From: Pseudomonas sp.
GTDB lineage: Bacteria > Pseudomonadota > Gammaproteobacteria > Pseudomonadales > Pseudomonadaceae
NCBI GenBank assembly: GCA_035635035.1
Contig: DASQBU010000016.1
Coordinates: forward strand, 9,523-73,522
Direction of reading: 5' to 3'
Length of the DNA stretch: 64,000 bases
The notes below the pieces were generated by a model. That model was not told the DNA's origin. It did no database searches and worked only from the letters and a program-made list of their open reading frames with translations. The translations under genes and the position numbers were made by a program. Below, one piece after another: positions 11,419 to 24,355 of the stretch. Each line of letters begins with the position of its first letter. Position 1 is the first letter of the stretch.

Positions 11419-12438
11419 ATGGCCCTCTCGCCCATCAACCAGCGCCGCCTCGCCCTGTTCAAGGCGCACAAGCGTGGCTGGTACAGCCTGTGGCTGTTCC
11501 TCGGCCTGTTCGTGCTGAGCCTCGGCGCCGAACTGATCGCCAACGACAAGCCGCTGCTGGTCGACTACGACGGCCACTGGTACGTGCCGGTGCTCAAGCG
11601 CTACCCGGAAACCGCCTTCGGCGGCGAGTTCCCGCTGGAGGCCGACTACAAGAGCCCATACATGCGCGAACTGATCGCGGCCAAGGGCGGCTGGATGCTC
11701 TGGCCGCCGATCCCGTTCAGCTACGAGAGCATCAACTACGAGCTCAAGGTGCCGGCGCCGGCCCCGCCGTCCCGGGACAACTGGCTGGGCACCGACGACC
11801 AGGGCCGCGACGTGCTGGCCCGGGTGATCTACGGCTTCCGCATCTCGGTGCTGTTCGCCCTGGTGCTGACCCTGCTCAGCTCGCTGATCGGCGTCTTCGC
11901 CGGCGCCCTGCAGGGCTTCTACGGCGGCTGGGTCGACCTGGCCGGCCAGCGCTTCCTGGAGATCTGGTCGGGCCTGCCGGTGCTCTACCTGCTGATCATC
12001 CTCGCCAGCTTCGTCGAGCCGAACTTCTGGTGGCTGCTCGGCATCATGCTGCTGTTCTCCTGGATGAGCCTGGTCGACGTGGTGCGCGCCGAGTTCCTGC
12101 GCGGGCGCAACCTCGAGTACGTGCGCGCCGCCCGCGCCCTCGGCATGGGCAACGGCGCGATCATGTACCGGCACATCCTGCCCAACGCCATGGTCTCGAC
12201 CATGACCTTCATGCCGTTCATCCTCACCGGCGCGATCGGCACCCTCACCGCCCTGGACTTCCTCGGCTTCGGCCTGCCGCCCGGCTCGCCGTCGCTGGGC
12301 GAGCTGGTCGCCCAGGGCAAATCCAACCTGCAGGCCCCCTGGCTGGGGATCAGCGCCTTCGCCGTGCTGGCGCTGATGCTGACCCTGCTGGTGTTCATTG
12401 GCGAGGCCGCGCGCGATGCCTTCGACCCGAGGAAGTGA
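11419..12438 (+). CDS. yejE: Peptide ABC transporter permease
   Basis: LGTDDQGRDVLAR, YVRAARALG, RDAFDPR. Confidence 0.93.
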   Translation: MALSPINQRRLALFKAHKRGWYSLWLFLGLFVLSLGAELIANDKPLLVDYDGHWYVPVLKRYPETAFGGEFPLEADYKSPYMRELIAAKGGWMLWPPIPFSYESINYELKVPAPAPPSRDNWLGTDDQGRDVLARVIYGFRISVLFALVLTLLSSLIGVFAGALQGFYGGWVDLAGQRFLEIWSGLPVLYLLIILASFVEPNFWWLLGIMLLFSWMSLVDVVRAEFLRGRNLEYVRAARALGMGNGAIMYRHILPNAMVSTMTFMPFILTGAIGTLTALDFLGFGLPPGSPSLGELVAQGKSNLQAPWLGISAFAVLALMLTLLVFIGEAARDAFDPRK

Positions 12439-12442
12439 GGCG

Positions 12443-14047
12443 ATGAACGAACCTCTGATCGAGATCCGCGACCTGCAGGTGGCCTTCAGCCAGGGCGGCG
12501 CGCCGCAGACCGTGGTGCACGGCGTCAGCTTCGACATCCGCCGCGGCGAAACCCTCGCCCTGGTCGGCGAAAGCGGCTCGGGCAAGTCGGTGACCGCGCA
12601 CTCGATCCTGCGCCTGCTGCCGCCCAGCAGCAGCCACCCCGCCGGCAGCGTCCGCTTCGCCGGCGAGGACCTGCTCAAGCTTCCGGAGCGGCGCCTGCGC
12701 GCCATCCGCGGCAACCGCATCGCCATGGTCTTCCAGGAACCGATGACCTCGCTCAATCCGCTGCACACGGTGGAGAAGCAGATCGCCGAGGTGCTGGCCC
12801 TCCACAAGGGCCTGACCGGCGCCCCGGCGCGCGCACGGGTGCTGGAGCTGCTCGAGCTGGTCGGCATCCCCGAGCCGGCCAAGCGCCTGCGCAGCTACCC
12901 GCACGAGCTGTCCGGCGGCCAGCGCCAGCGGGTCATGATCGCCATGGCCCTGGCCAACGAGCCGGAGGTCCTGATTGCCGACGAACCGACCACCGCGCTG
13001 GACGTCACCGTGCAGCTGAAGATCCTCGAGCTGCTCAAGGAACTGCAGGCACGCCTGGGCATGGCCCTGCTGCTGATCACCCATGACCTCAACCTGGTAC
13101 GGCGCATCGCCCAGCGGGTATGTGTCATGCAGCGCGGTCGCGTCGTCGAACAGGCCGAGTGCGCACAACTGTTCGCCGCCCCGGAGCATCCCTATACCCG
13201 CGAGCTGCTCGGCGCCGACCCGCGCGGCGAGCCGGCGGACAATCCGCCGGGGCCGCCCTTGCTCGAGGTCGACGATCTGCGCGTGTGGTTCCCGATCCGC
13301 AAGGGCCTGCTGCGCCGTACCGTCGACCATGTCAAGGCGGTCGACGGGATCAACTTCAGCCTGCCCCAGGGGCAGACCCTGGGGATCGTCGGCGAGAGCG
13401 GTTCGGGCAAGTCGACCCTCGGCCTGGCGATCCTGCGCCTGATCGGCAGCCGCGGTGCGATCCGCTTCGCCGGCCAGGCCATCGACGGTCTCGACCAGCC
13501 GGCGGTGCGCCCGCTGCGCCGGCAGATGCAGGTGGTGTTCCAGGACCCGTTCGGCAGCCTGAGCCCGCGCATGTCGGTGAGCCAGATCATCGGCGAGGGC
13601 CTGGAGATCCACGGCATCGGCACGCCGGCCGAGCGGGAACAGGCCATCATCGACGTGCTGGGCGAGGTGGGACTGGATCCGCAGACCCGCCACCGCTACC
13701 CTCACGAGTTTTCCGGCGGGCAGCGCCAGCGCATCGCCATCGCCCGGGCCCTGGTGCTGCGCCCGCAGTTGATCCTGCTCGACGAGCCGACCTCGGCCCT
13801 CGACCGCACGGTACAGCGCCAGGTGGTGGAGCTGCTGCGCGTCCTGCAGCACAAGTACAATCTGACCTACCTGTTCATCAGCCATGACCTGGCGGTGGTC
13901 CGGGCCCTGAGCCACCAGCTGATGGTGGTGCGGCACGGCAAGGTGGTCGAACAGGGTGAGGCCAGCGCGATTTTCCACGCGCCGCAGCACCCCTACACCC
14001 AGCAGCTGCTCGAAGCCGCCTTCATGGCGCCGGGCGCTGCCGATTAA
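12443..14047 (+). CDS. yejF: Peptide ABC transporter ATP-binding protein with two ABC domains
   Basis: Two GESGSGKS Walker A motifs, two SGGQRQR signatures and two DEPT Walker B motifs. Confidence 0.93.
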   Translation: MNEPLIEIRDLQVAFSQGGAPQTVVHGVSFDIRRGETLALVGESGSGKSVTAHSILRLLPPSSSHPAGSVRFAGEDLLKLPERRLRAIRGNRIAMVFQEPMTSLNPLHTVEKQIAEVLALHKGLTGAPARARVLELLELVGIPEPAKRLRSYPHELSGGQRQRVMIAMALANEPEVLIADEPTTALDVTVQLKILELLKELQARLGMALLLITHDLNLVRRIAQRVCVMQRGRVVEQAECAQLFAAPEHPYTRELLGADPRGEPADNPPGPPLLEVDDLRVWFPIRKGLLRRTVDHVKAVDGINFSLPQGQTLGIVGESGSGKSTLGLAILRLIGSRGAIRFAGQAIDGLDQPAVRPLRRQMQVVFQDPFGSLSPRMSVSQIIGEGLEIHGIGTPAEREQAIIDVLGEVGLDPQTRHRYPHEFSGGQRQRIAIARALVLRPQLILLDEPTSALDRTVQRQVVELLRVLQHKYNLTYLFISHDLAVVRALSHQLMVVRHGKVVEQGEASAIFHAPQHPYTQQLLEAAFMAPGAAD

Positions 14048-14067
14048 CCAGAAAGAGGAAGTACACA

Positions 14068-14862
14068 ATGGGTTTCATGACCGGCAAGCGCGTGCTGATC
14101 GTCGGCGTCGCCAGCAAGCTGTCCATCGCCTCGGGCATCGCCGCCGCGATGCACCGCGAAGGTGCCGAACTGGCCTTCACCTACCAGAACGACAAGCTCA
14201 AGGGCCGCGTCGAGGAATTCGCCGCCGGCTGGGGCTCCAGCGCCGAGATGTGCTTCCCCTGCGACGTCGCCAATGACGAGGACATCGCCCGCGTGTTCGA
14301 GGAACTGGGCAAGAAGTGGGACGGCCTGGACTGCATCGTCCACTCGGTCGGCTTCGCCCCGGGCGACCAGCTCAACGGCGACTTCACCGAAGTCACCACC
14401 CGCGAAGGCTTCAAGATCGCCCATGACATCAGCGCCTACAGCTTCGTCGCCCTGGCCAAGGCCGGCCGCGAGATGATGAAGGGCCGCAACGGCAGCCTGC
14501 TGACCCTGTCCTACCTGGGCGCCGAGCGCACCATGCCCAACTACAACGTGATGGGCATGGCCAAGGCCAGCCTGGAGGCCGGCGTGCGCTACCTGGCCGG
14601 CAGCCTCGGCCCGGAAGGCACCCGCGTCAACTGCATCTCCGCCGGCCCGATCCGTACCCTGGCCGCCTCCGGCATCGCCAGCTTCCGCAAGATGCTGGCC
14701 GCCAACGAGCGCCAGACCCCGCTGCGCCGCAACGTGACCATCGAGGAAGTCGGCAACGCCGGCGCCTTCCTGTGCTCCGATCTGGCCTCGGGCATCAGCG
14801 GTGAAATCCTCTACGTCGACGGTGGTTTCAACACCACCGCCATGGGCTCGCTGGAAGACTAA
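14068..14862 (+). CDS. fabI: Enoyl-ACP reductase
   Basis: [16 protein letters not shown], catalytic [18 protein letters not shown]. Confidence 0.97.
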   Translation: MGFMTGKRVLIVGVASKLSIASGIAAAMHREGAELAFTYQNDKLKGRVEEFAAGWGSSAEMCFPCDVANDEDIARVFEELGKKWDGLDCIVHSVGFAPGDQLNGDFTEVTTREGFKIAHDISAYSFVALAKAGREMMKGRNGSLLTLSYLGAERTMPNYNVMGMAKASLEAGVRYLAGSLGPEGTRVNCISAGPIRTLAASGIASFRKMLAANERQTPLRRNVTIEEVGNAGAFLCSDLASGISGEILYVDGGFNTTAMGSLED

Positions 14863-15015
14863 GCCGCCCCGCGCCGACCTGCGCAATGCGGGTCGGCCTT
14901 CCCCCGGGCCGCCCAGCGGCCGCAAGCAGCTCCCCCCTCCTCCCGCTATCCCCTCTCTCGCACGTGGCACATGCCGCGTAGCCGCGCCTGTCCCGCTTCC
15001 GGAGCGCAGAAAGCA

Positions 15016-15039
15016 CAACGCCCCCATGCGGGGGCGTTG
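15016..15039 (-). terminator. Hairpin terminator downstream of ppiD
   Basis: CAACGCCCCC-atgc-GGGGGCGTTG, between the convergent fabI and ppiD. Confidence 0.6.
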
Positions 15040-15061
15040 CGTCAGGCGAAGAACGCGGCGA

Positions 15062-16936
15062 TCAGAAGCGCTTGACCTTCGCCTCGGTTTCCAGCTGGCG
15101 ACGGAAGGCCTGGAAGTCTTGCTGGCCGCTGCGCGAGGCGAGGAAGCGGCGGTACATCGCCAATTCCTCGTCGGACAGCTTGGCCTCAGCGTTGCTCACC
15201 CCATCCAGGCGCAGCAGCAGGTAGTCGCCATTGCCCTGGGATAGTCCGGAGAAGCCCGGCTTGTCCGCGGCAGCCGGACGCGGCATGCGGAACACCGCCT
15301 GCAGCACCTGCGGATCGACATTGTCCTGGTTGCGCTTGGCGGCCTCGACGACCTTCCACGCCTCGCCGGCCTGCGCCTGGGTCACCGGGGTCTTGCCGGC
15401 ACGCAGGTCGGCCAGCAGCGCTTCGCCGCGCTCCTTGGCGAGCTTGCCCGCCTGCTCCTTGCGGATACGTTCACGCAGGCTGTCGGCCAGCGCGGCCAGC
15501 GGCTGCTGCTCGGGCTTGTGGTGCTCCTTGACGCGCAGGACGATGACGGTGTCGGGATCCAGCTCCAGCGCACTGCTGTTGCCCCCTTCGGTCAGCACCT
15601 CCGGGCTGAACGCCGCCTGCACCACCTGGCGGTTGGCGGCGATGCCGCTGCCGCCCTCGCGGCCGAACGGCGGGGCCTGCTTGACCTCGAGCCCCAGGTC
15701 CTGAGCCGGCTGGGCCAGATCGGAGGCTTCGAAGGCGGCGTCCTCCAGCTCCTTGGTCTTCTCGACGAAGAGCTGCTCGACCTGCTGGGCCTTCAGATCG
15801 TGCTCGAGCTGCGGCTTGAGGCTGTCCAGCGTCGGCACCTTGGGCGCCTGGATCTTGTCGAGACGGATCAGGTGCCAGCCAAACTCGCTTTTCACCGGCG
15901 CCGATACCTCGCCGACCTTGAGCGCGAATAGCGCACTTTCGAACGCCGGGTCGTAGACGCCCTTGCCGGCAAAGCCGAGGTCGCCGCCGTTGGCTGCCGA
16001 GCCCGGGTCCTTGGAGAACTCCTTGGCCAGCTTGGCGAAGTCCTCGCCCTGCTCGATGCGCTTGCGCAGCTCCTCGAGCTTGGCCTTGGCTTGCTCGTCG
16101 TTCAGCTTGTCGCCGGTCTCCAGCAGGATGTGCGAAGCCTTGCGCTGCTCGCCGAGGTTGGCGACCTCCTTCTCGTACTGGGCCTTGATGTCCTCGTCGG
16201 ACACCTTGACCTGATCGAAGAAGGCGGCCTTCTTCAACTCGACGTACTCGACCACCACCTGCTCGGGGGTCATGAACTCGCTGGCGTGCTGGTCGTAGTA
16301 AGCCTTGAGCTGATCCTCGCCGACCTGGACCTGCTCGGGATGGGCCTTGATCGCCAGGGTGGCGAAATCACGGGTCTGCTGCTCGAGAGCGGCAAAGGCG
16401 CGCAGCTCCTGATCGGTGACGAAACCGCTACCGGCCAGACCGGCACGCAGCTGGCCGATGAGCATTTCCTGCGCCAGCAACTCGCGGAACTGCTGGCGGC
16501 TGTAACCCATCTGGCGGATGACCTGGTCGAAGCGATCCGGGCTGAACTTGCCGTCCTGCTGGAATTCGGGCGTGAGCAGGATCAGTTGGTCAACGGCCTG
16601 CTGCGAGAAGGCGAAACCGGCATCCGTGGCGGCGTGCAGCAGCATCTTGCGGTCGATCAGGGCCTTGAGCGCACCTTCGCGCAGACGCTTGTCATCCAGC
16701 ATCGAGGGGTCGAAACGCCCGCCCAACTGCTGGATCAGCTGGCGACGCTGCATGTCCACGGCACGGTTCAATTCGTCGTTGCTGATGTTCTCGCCGTTGA
16801 CTTGAGCCGCGTCCATGCTGTGGCTGGTGGACTTCATGATCGCATCGAAGCCGGTCAACGCCATGAGCACGACAATCACGCCAACGATGGTCTTGGCGAT
16901 CCACCCTTGAGAGTTGTCCCTGATATTTTGCAGCAT
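15062..16936 (-). CDS. ppiD: Peptidyl-prolyl cis-trans isomerase D (SurA N-terminal domain + parvulin)
   Basis: MLQNIRDNSQGWIAK, N-terminal TM, parvulin motifs SHILL, FAKLAKEFSKD, GGDLG, FGWHLI. Confidence 0.95.
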   Translation of the reverse strand: MLQNIRDNSQGWIAKTIVGVIVVLMALTGFDAIMKSTSHSMDAAQVNGENISNDELNRAVDMQRRQLIQQLGGRFDPSMLDDKRLREGALKALIDRKMLLHAATDAGFAFSQQAVDQLILLTPEFQQDGKFSPDRFDQVIRQMGYSRQQFRELLAQEMLIGQLRAGLAGSGFVTDQELRAFAALEQQTRDFATLAIKAHPEQVQVGEDQLKAYYDQHASEFMTPEQVVVEYVELKKAAFFDQVKVSDEDIKAQYEKEVANLGEQRKASHILLETGDKLNDEQAKAKLEELRKRIEQGEDFAKLAKEFSKDPGSAANGGDLGFAGKGVYDPAFESALFALKVGEVSAPVKSEFGWHLIRLDKIQAPKVPTLDSLKPQLEHDLKAQQVEQLFVEKTKELEDAAFEASDLAQPAQDLGLEVKQAPPFGREGGSGIAANRQVVQAAFSPEVLTEGGNSSALELDPDTVIVLRVKEHHKPEQQPLAALADSLRERIRKEQAGKLAKERGEALLADLRAGKTPVTQAQAGEAWKVVEAAKRNQDNVDPQVLQAVFRMPRPAAADKPGFSGLSQGNGDYLLLRLDGVSNAEAKLSDEELAMYRRFLASRSGQQDFQAFRRQLETEAKVKRF

Positions 16937-17001
16937 GCTGCCCCCAAACACGGCCTGCCTCCTCTGCGGCGGACGCCCGGCAGCAGGAGCAGGGAATAAA
17001 A

Positions 17002-17028
17002 GAAAGGCGCATCCTAGGATGCGCCTTC
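17002..17028 (-). terminator. Rho-independent terminator after hupB
   Basis: AAGGCGCATC-cta-GGATGCGCCTT inverted repeat followed by TTTCTTTT on the minus strand. Confidence 0.75.
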
Positions 17029-17037
17029 TCGATTTAG

Positions 17038-17092
17038 TCGCGAAGCGGTGGTTTCGGATCAGCGTCTATTCGGCGTGAAAGACTGCCGCTCC
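17038..17092 (-). pseudogene. Putative decayed tRNA-Asp relic
   Basis: Minus strand reads GGAGCGG-CAGTC-TTTCACGCCG-AATAGACGCT-GATCCGA-AACCA-CCGCTTC-G-CGA. It keeps an acceptor-like stem and fragments resembling the Asp anticodon and T loops, but has no D arm and no CCA. Confidence 0.45.
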
Positions 17093-17157
17093 AAGCAACC
17101 GCGCCTCGCAGCCGGGCCGGCATGACCGCCCCGGAATGGCCCAAGCCAGAAAGACGC

Positions 17158-17430
17158 TTAGTTCACAGCATCCTTGAGGGCTTTGCCGGCCTTGAAGCCC
17201 GGGATCTTGGCAGCTTCGATCTCGATCGGCTTGCCGGTCTGCGGGTTGCGGCCGGTGCGGGCGGCGCGCTCTTTCACGGCGAAAGTGCCGAAGCCCACCA
17301 GCACGACGGAGTCACCTTCCTTCAGGGCACCGGTGATGGAGTCGATCACGGCATCCAGCGCGCGGCCGGCAACAGCTTTCGGGATATCAGCAGATGCGGC
17401 GATGGCATCGATCAGTTCCGACTTGTTCAC
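17158..17430 (-). CDS. hupB: DNA-binding protein HU-beta
   Basis: GTG start, [24 protein letters not shown]; 90 aa. Confidence 0.97.
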   Translation of the reverse strand: MNKSELIDAIAASADIPKAVAGRALDAVIDSITGALKEGDSVVLVGFGTFAVKERAARTGRNPQTGKPIEIEAAKIPGFKAGKALKDAVN

Positions 17431-17523
17431 TCTAAGTCCCCTTGATTCCGGTTGAGTTCGTATCTTGATCAGGTGTGGCGAATAAAAAGACGTTTTTAGA
17501 CTGCCCGACACGCGAAGAGGCGC

Positions 17524-17553
17524 TTTATATCAAGCGCCTGAAAAGAGTGTCAA
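17524..17553 (-). promoter_or_regulatory. sigma70 promoter of hupB
   Basis: Minus strand: TTGACA, 18-bp spacer ending in TGA, then TATAAA (extended -10). Confidence 0.7.
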
Positions 17554-17566
17554 GGAAGCCTGGCGC

Positions 17567-19963
<2,397 letters not shown>

Positions 19964-20021
19964 GCTTTCAACTCTGGTGAGCCCGACAGGAGGAAACGCG
20001 CGGGCATTGAACATGACTTCA

Positions 20022-20050
20022 AGATGGGGGGCGAGCGGGGAAAAAACAAG
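20022..20050 (-). promoter_or_regulatory. sigma32 (RpoH) heat-shock promoter of lon
   Basis: Minus strand CTTGTT-N15-CCCCATCT versus consensus CTTGAA-N13-15-CCCCATNT. Confidence 0.7.
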
Positions 20051-20070
20051 CGCTGGCGTAGCACCAGAAT

Positions 20071-20097
20071 GACAAAGGGGCCCGCAGGCCCCTTGTC
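20071..20097 (-). terminator. Hairpin after clpX
   Basis: GACAAAGGGGCC-cgca-GGCCCCTTGTC inverted repeat. Confidence 0.65.
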
Positions 20098-20105
20098 TGG
20101 ATGGC

Positions 20106-21386
20106 TTACGCCTCAGGCGCAGCCTTGGCCGGCTGCTCGCTGCTCTCGTAGATCAGCAGCGGCTTGGAAGCCCCTTCGATCACGCTCTCGTCGATGACGA
20201 CCTTGCTGACATCCTTGGCCGAGGGGATCTCGTACATGGTGTCCAGCAGGATTCCCTCGAGGATCGAACGCAGACCGCGGGCACCGGTCTTGCGCTCCAG
20301 CGCCTTGCGGGCCACGGCGTGCAGGGCGTCGCTGCGGAACTCGAGCTCCACGCCCTCCATCTCGAACAGGCGGGCGTACTGCTTGGTCAGGGCGTTCTTC
20401 GGCTCGGTGAGAATCTGCATCAACGCCGCCTCGTCCAGCTCCTCGAGGGTGGCGATGACCGGCAGGCGCCCGACGAACTCGGGAATCAGGCCGAACTTGA
20501 CCAGATCGTCCGGCTCGACCTCGCGCAGCGATTCGCCGACCTTCTTGCCGGCCTCCTTGCTGCGCACTTCGGCGTTGAAGCCGATGCCGCCCTTGGTCGA
20601 ACGGTTCTGGATGACCTTCTCCAGACCGGCGAAGGCGCCACCACAGATGAACAGGATGTTGCGCGTGTCGACCTGCAAGAACTCCTGCTGCGGATGCTTG
20701 CGCCCGCCCTGCGGCGGCACCGAGGCGACGGTGCCCTCGATCAGCTTGAGCAGCGCCTGCTGCACACCCTCACCCGACACGTCGCGGGTGATCGACGGGT
20801 TGTCCGACTTGCGCGAGATCTTGTCGATCTCGTCGATGTAGACGATGCCCGTCTGCGCCTTCTCGACGTCGTACTCGCACTTCTGCAGCAGCTTCTGGAT
20901 GATGTTCTCCACGTCCTCGCCGACATAGCCGGCTTCGGTCAGCGTGGTGGCATCGGCGATGGTGAACGGCACGTTGAGCAGGCGCGCCAGCGTCTCGGCG
21001 AGCAGGGTCTTGCCGGAGCCGGTCGGGCCGATCAGCAAGATGTTGCTCTTGCCCAGTTCGACGTCGTCCTTCTTCTCACGCTGGCTGAGACGCTTGTAGT
21101 GGTTGTACACCGCAACCGCCAGCACCTTCTTCGCGCGCTCCTGACCGATCACGTACTGGTCGAGAATGGCGCTGATTTCCTTCGGCGCGGGCAATTTGTT
21201 GGCGTTGCTCTCGGCCTGGGCCTCCTGCACCTCCTCGCGGATGATGTCATTGCACAGGTCGACGCACTCGTCGCAGATGAAAACGGAGGGGCCGGCAATC
21301 AATTTGCGCACTTCATGCTGGCTCTTGCCGCAGAAGGAGCAGTAAAGCAGTTTGCCGGAGTCCTCGCCGTTGCGGGTGTCAGTCAT
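20106..21386 (-). CDS. clpX: ATP-dependent Clp protease ATPase subunit ClpX
   Basis: C4 zinc finger CSFC...[15 protein letters not shown] loop, IGF loop. Confidence 0.98.
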   Translation of the reverse strand: MTDTRNGEDSGKLLYCSFCGKSQHEVRKLIAGPSVFICDECVDLCNDIIREEVQEAQAESNANKLPAPKEISAILDQYVIGQERAKKVLAVAVYNHYKRLSQREKKDDVELGKSNILLIGPTGSGKTLLAETLARLLNVPFTIADATTLTEAGYVGEDVENIIQKLLQKCEYDVEKAQTGIVYIDEIDKISRKSDNPSITRDVSGEGVQQALLKLIEGTVASVPPQGGRKHPQQEFLQVDTRNILFICGGAFAGLEKVIQNRSTKGGIGFNAEVRSKEAGKKVGESLREVEPDDLVKFGLIPEFVGRLPVIATLEELDEAALMQILTEPKNALTKQYARLFEMEGVELEFRSDALHAVARKALERKTGARGLRSILEGILLDTMYEIPSAKDVSKVVIDESVIEGASKPLLIYESSEQPAKAAPEA

Positions 21387-21418
21387 TCGATCAATCCAAT
21401 CCGGTAGGCTTGAACACA

Positions 21419-21447
21419 AGATGGAGGCATTCGCGGGCTTTTTCAAG
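21419..21447 (-). promoter_or_regulatory. sigma32 promoter of clpX
   Basis: Minus strand CTTGAA-N15-CTCCATCT; the -35 lies in the inverted repeat CGCGGGCTT-tttc-AAGCCCGCG. Confidence 0.65.
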
Positions 21448-21504
21448 CCCGCGAACAGGCCGGAAACGGGCCGGCCAGGCTTACGCGGGAATCAACGGGG
21501 GCAA

Positions 21505-22143
21505 TCAGGCCGGCAGCTGACGCTTGGTCAGGACCTGGTCGATGAGGCGGTAGTTGACCGCTTCTTCGCCGCTCATGAAGTTGTCGCGATCGGTATCGCG
21601 GGCGATGACGTCGATCGGCTGGCCGGTATGCGCGGCCAGGATGCGGTTCAGACGCTCGCGAATGGTCAGGATCTCGCGGGCATGGATCTCGATGTCCGAC
21701 GCCTGGCCCTGGAAGCCGCCCAGCGGCTGGTGGATCATCATCCGCGAATGCGGCAGGCAGTAGCGCTTGCCGGCAGCACCGCCAGCCAGCAGCAGCGCCC
21801 CCATGCTGCAGGCCTGACCGATGCAGATGGTCGAGACGTCCGGCTTGATGAACTGCATGGTGTCATAGATCGACATGCCTGCCGTCACCGAGCCACCCGG
21901 CGAGTTGATATAGAGGTGGATATCCTTGTCCGGATTCTCCGCCTCGAGGAACAGCAGCTGGGCCACCACCAGGTTGGCCATGTAGTCCTCGACCTGGCCG
22001 ACCAGGAAGATCACGCGCTCCTTGAGCAAGCGCGAGTAGATATCGTAGGCACGCTCACCGCGCGCCGACTGCTCGATCACCATGGGCACCAGACCGCCAG
22101 CGGCCTGCACGTCGAACTGCGACTCGAAAGAATTGCGGAACAT
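21505..22143 (-). CDS. clpP: ATP-dependent Clp protease proteolytic subunit
   Basis: [21 protein letters not shown] (catalytic Ser), MIHQP. Start at 22143, or GTG at 22155. Confidence 0.97.
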   Translation of the reverse strand: MFRNSFESQFDVQAAGGLVPMVIEQSARGERAYDIYSRLLKERVIFLVGQVEDYMANLVVAQLLFLEAENPDKDIHLYINSPGGSVTAGMSIYDTMQFIKPDVSTICIGQACSMGALLLAGGAAGKRYCLPHSRMMIHQPLGGFQGQASDIEIHAREILTIRERLNRILAAHTGQPIDVIARDTDRDNFMSGEEAVNYRLIDQVLTKRQLPA

Positions 22144-22183
22144 TTCCTGGCTCACTCCCTTTATCGATGGTGTCCCAGAGACA

Positions 22184-22211
22184 CATAAGCCAGCACTAAG
22201 GCTGGCTTATG
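22184..22211 (-). terminator. Hairpin after tig
   Basis: CATAAGCCAGC-actaag-GCTGGCTTATG. Confidence 0.65.
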
Positions 22212-22237
22212 GAGGACTCTAACAAGTGCAGAGGGCT

Positions 22238-23548
22238 TTACTCGGCTTTCGGAGCTTCCGCCGGCTTGACCGCTTCCTCGTAGGAGACCTGCTTGTCGGT
22301 GACATTGGCCTTTTGCAGGACAGTATCCACGACTTGTTCTTCCAGAACAACCGAGCGAACCTCGTCCAGCTGTTGCGGATTCTTGTAGTACCAGGCGACG
22401 ACCTGCTCCGGCTCCTGATAAGCGGAGGCCATCTCCTCGATCATTGCGCGCACGCGGGCTTCGTCAGGCTTGATCTCGAACTGCTTAACCACTTCGGCCA
22501 CCACCAGCCCCAGCAGCACGCGGCGCTTGGCCTGCTCTTCGAACAGTTCGGCCGGCAGTTGCTCAGGGTTGATGTTGCCACCGAACTGCTGGACGGCTTG
22601 CACGCGCAGACGATTGACTTCATTGCCGATCAGCGCCTTCGGGGCTTCGATCGGGTTGCCGGCCAGCAGACCTTCCATCACCTGGTTCTTGACCTTGGAC
22701 TTGATGGCCTGACGCAGTTCGCGCTCCATGTTCTTGCGCACTTCGGCACGGAAACCGTCAATGCCGCCTTCCTTGACCCCGAACAGGGCGAAGAACTCTT
22801 CGTTCAGCTCCGGCAGCTTGGGCTCGGCGACCGCGTTGACGGTCACGGCAAACTCGGCAGCCTTGCCGGCCAGATCCAGGTTCTGGTAGTCCGCGGGGAA
22901 GGTCACGTTCAGCACGCGCTCTTCGCCAGTCTTGGCACCGACCAGGCCATCCTCGAAGCCCGGGATCATGCGGCCGGAGCCCAGCACCAGCAGGGTGCCC
23001 TTGGCACTGCCGCCAGCGAAGGCTTCGCCGTCGATCTTGCCGACGAAATCGATGTTCAGCTGGTCGCCGTTCTGCGCTTCGCGCTCGACAGCTTCGAAGC
23101 GGGTGTTCTGCTTGCGCAGGATCTCGAGCATGTTGTCGACATCAGCATCGCTTACTTCGGCCTGCAGACGCTCGACGGCAATCGACTCGAGACCACTCAC
23201 CTGGAACTCGGGGAACACTTCGAAGGTGGCGACGTATTCCAGCGCCTGGCCCTTCTCGAACACTTTCGGCTCGACGGACGGAGCACCGGCCGGATTCAGC
23301 TTTTCCTGTACCACGGCCTCATAGAAGGTCGCCTGGATCAGGTCGCCCAGCGCCTCCTGGCGAGCGGAGTCCTCGTAGCGCTGACGGATGATGCTCATCG
23401 GCACCTTGCCGGGACGGAAGCCTGGGATCTTGGCGCGACGGGCAGTCTGCTGCAGACGCTTGTTGACTTCGGTCTCGATGCGCTCGGCGGGAACGCCAAC
23501 GGTCATGCGACGCTCGAGAGCGGAGGTGGTTTCAACAGAAACTTGCAT
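22238..23548 (-). CDS. tig: Trigger factor
   Basis: MQVSVE start, ribosome-binding [12 protein letters not shown]-like MIPGFEDG. Confidence 0.98.
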   Translation of the reverse strand: MQVSVETTSALERRMTVGVPAERIETEVNKRLQQTARRAKIPGFRPGKVPMSIIRQRYEDSARQEALGDLIQATFYEAVVQEKLNPAGAPSVEPKVFEKGQALEYVATFEVFPEFQVSGLESIAVERLQAEVSDADVDNMLEILRKQNTRFEAVEREAQNGDQLNIDFVGKIDGEAFAGGSAKGTLLVLGSGRMIPGFEDGLVGAKTGEERVLNVTFPADYQNLDLAGKAAEFAVTVNAVAEPKLPELNEEFFALFGVKEGGIDGFRAEVRKNMERELRQAIKSKVKNQVMEGLLAGNPIEAPKALIGNEVNRLRVQAVQQFGGNINPEQLPAELFEEQAKRRVLLGLVVAEVVKQFEIKPDEARVRAMIEEMASAYQEPEQVVAWYYKNPQQLDEVRSVVLEEQVVDTVLQKANVTDKQVSYEEAVKPAEAPKAE

Positions 23549-23755
23549 GGATAATCCTCGTTGCACAGACGAAGCCGGCCCTGCCGGCCCACAAAATAGG
23601 GGATGCATTCTATTAGGTGCCCCAGCAGAAGTCACCCCGCCGGCCACACAAAAGGAAACCGCAGGGCGTGCAAATCCCGCGCAGGGACACCAAGGAGAAG
23701 GGAAAAGACGAGCGACTGTCGAATCAACGACCTGGGAGACCGGCAGCTCAGAAAA

Positions 23756-23840
23756 TGGTGCGGACGGCGAGACTCGAACTCGCACACCTTGCGGCACTGG
23801 AACCTAAATCCAGCGTGTCTACCAATTTCACCACGTCCGC
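23756..23840 (-). tRNA. tRNA-Leu (TAG)
   Basis: GCGGACGTGGTGAAATTGGTAGACACGCTGGATTTAGGTTCCAG...GTTCGAGTCTCGCCGTCCGCACCA; 85 nt with a long variable arm. Confidence 0.97.
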
Positions 23841-23853
23841 GTGGAGCAGAAAT

Positions 23854-23882
23854 GAAAACGCCAGGCTATGCCTGGCGTTTTC
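23854..23882. terminator. Terminator-like hairpin between tRNA-His and tRNA-Leu
   Basis: GAAAACGCCAGGC-tat-GCCTGGCGTTTTC, a perfect 13-bp stem. Confidence 0.6.
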
Positions 23883-23889
23883 TGGAATA

Positions 23890-23966
23890 TGGGGTGGACG
23901 ATGGGAATCGAACCCACGACACCAGGAGCCACAATCCTGTGCTCTACCAACTGAGCTACGCCCACC
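23890..23966 (-). tRNA. tRNA-His (GTG)
   Basis: GGTGGGCGTAGCTCAGTTGGTAGAGCACAGGATTGTGGCTCCTG...GGTTCGATTCCCATCGTCCACCCCA, including G-1. Confidence 0.97.
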
Positions 23967-23998
23967 ATATTGCCTTTTGCTTGAACCAAGCGCCGCAT

Positions 23999-24075
23999 TG
24001 GCGCGCCCGGCAGGACTCGAACCTGCGACCATCCGCTTAGAAGGCGGATGCTCTATCCAGCTGAGCTACGGGCGC
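23999..24075 (-). tRNA. tRNA-Arg (TCT)
   Basis: GCGCCCGTAGCTCAGCTGGATAGAGCATCCGCCTTCTAAGCGGATGG...GTTCGAGTCCTGCCGGGCGCGCCA. Confidence 0.97.
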
Positions 24076-24195
24076 GTTTGTGGCTGCAACCCTCTAGCCG
24101 GATCCGAGGAATCGTCAAATTCCCCGAGGTGGCTAACCACCGAACCAGCCCTGCCAGCTTTCGCTGTGAGTGGCTGTGCTCGTCAAGCGGGGCAC

Positions 24196-24224
24196 ATGTT
24201 ATCCATAGCGCACCCCCTCGTCAA
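24196..24224 (-). promoter_or_regulatory. sigma70 promoter of the tRNA Arg-His-Leu operon
   Basis: Minus strand TTGACG-17 bp-TAACAT, GC-rich discriminator GTGCCCCGC, and an AT-rich UP-like tract at about 24225-24248. Confidence 0.75.
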
Positions 24225-24355
24225 CGTTTTTTATGAAAATTTTCAAACACATAGGTCGGCCCGGCGGATTTGCCGGCCAGCTGCCTTTGCCCGACAGCCG
24301 CCCCATGCGAGAATGGCACACCTTTTTCACTGACTCTCACGGTTCTCCAAGCGTC

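Noticed and set aside
23549-24355. tRNA cluster as a possible island integration site
   Set aside because: There is no integrase, no duplicated tRNA 3' end (att) and no foreign genes between tRNA-Leu and tig.
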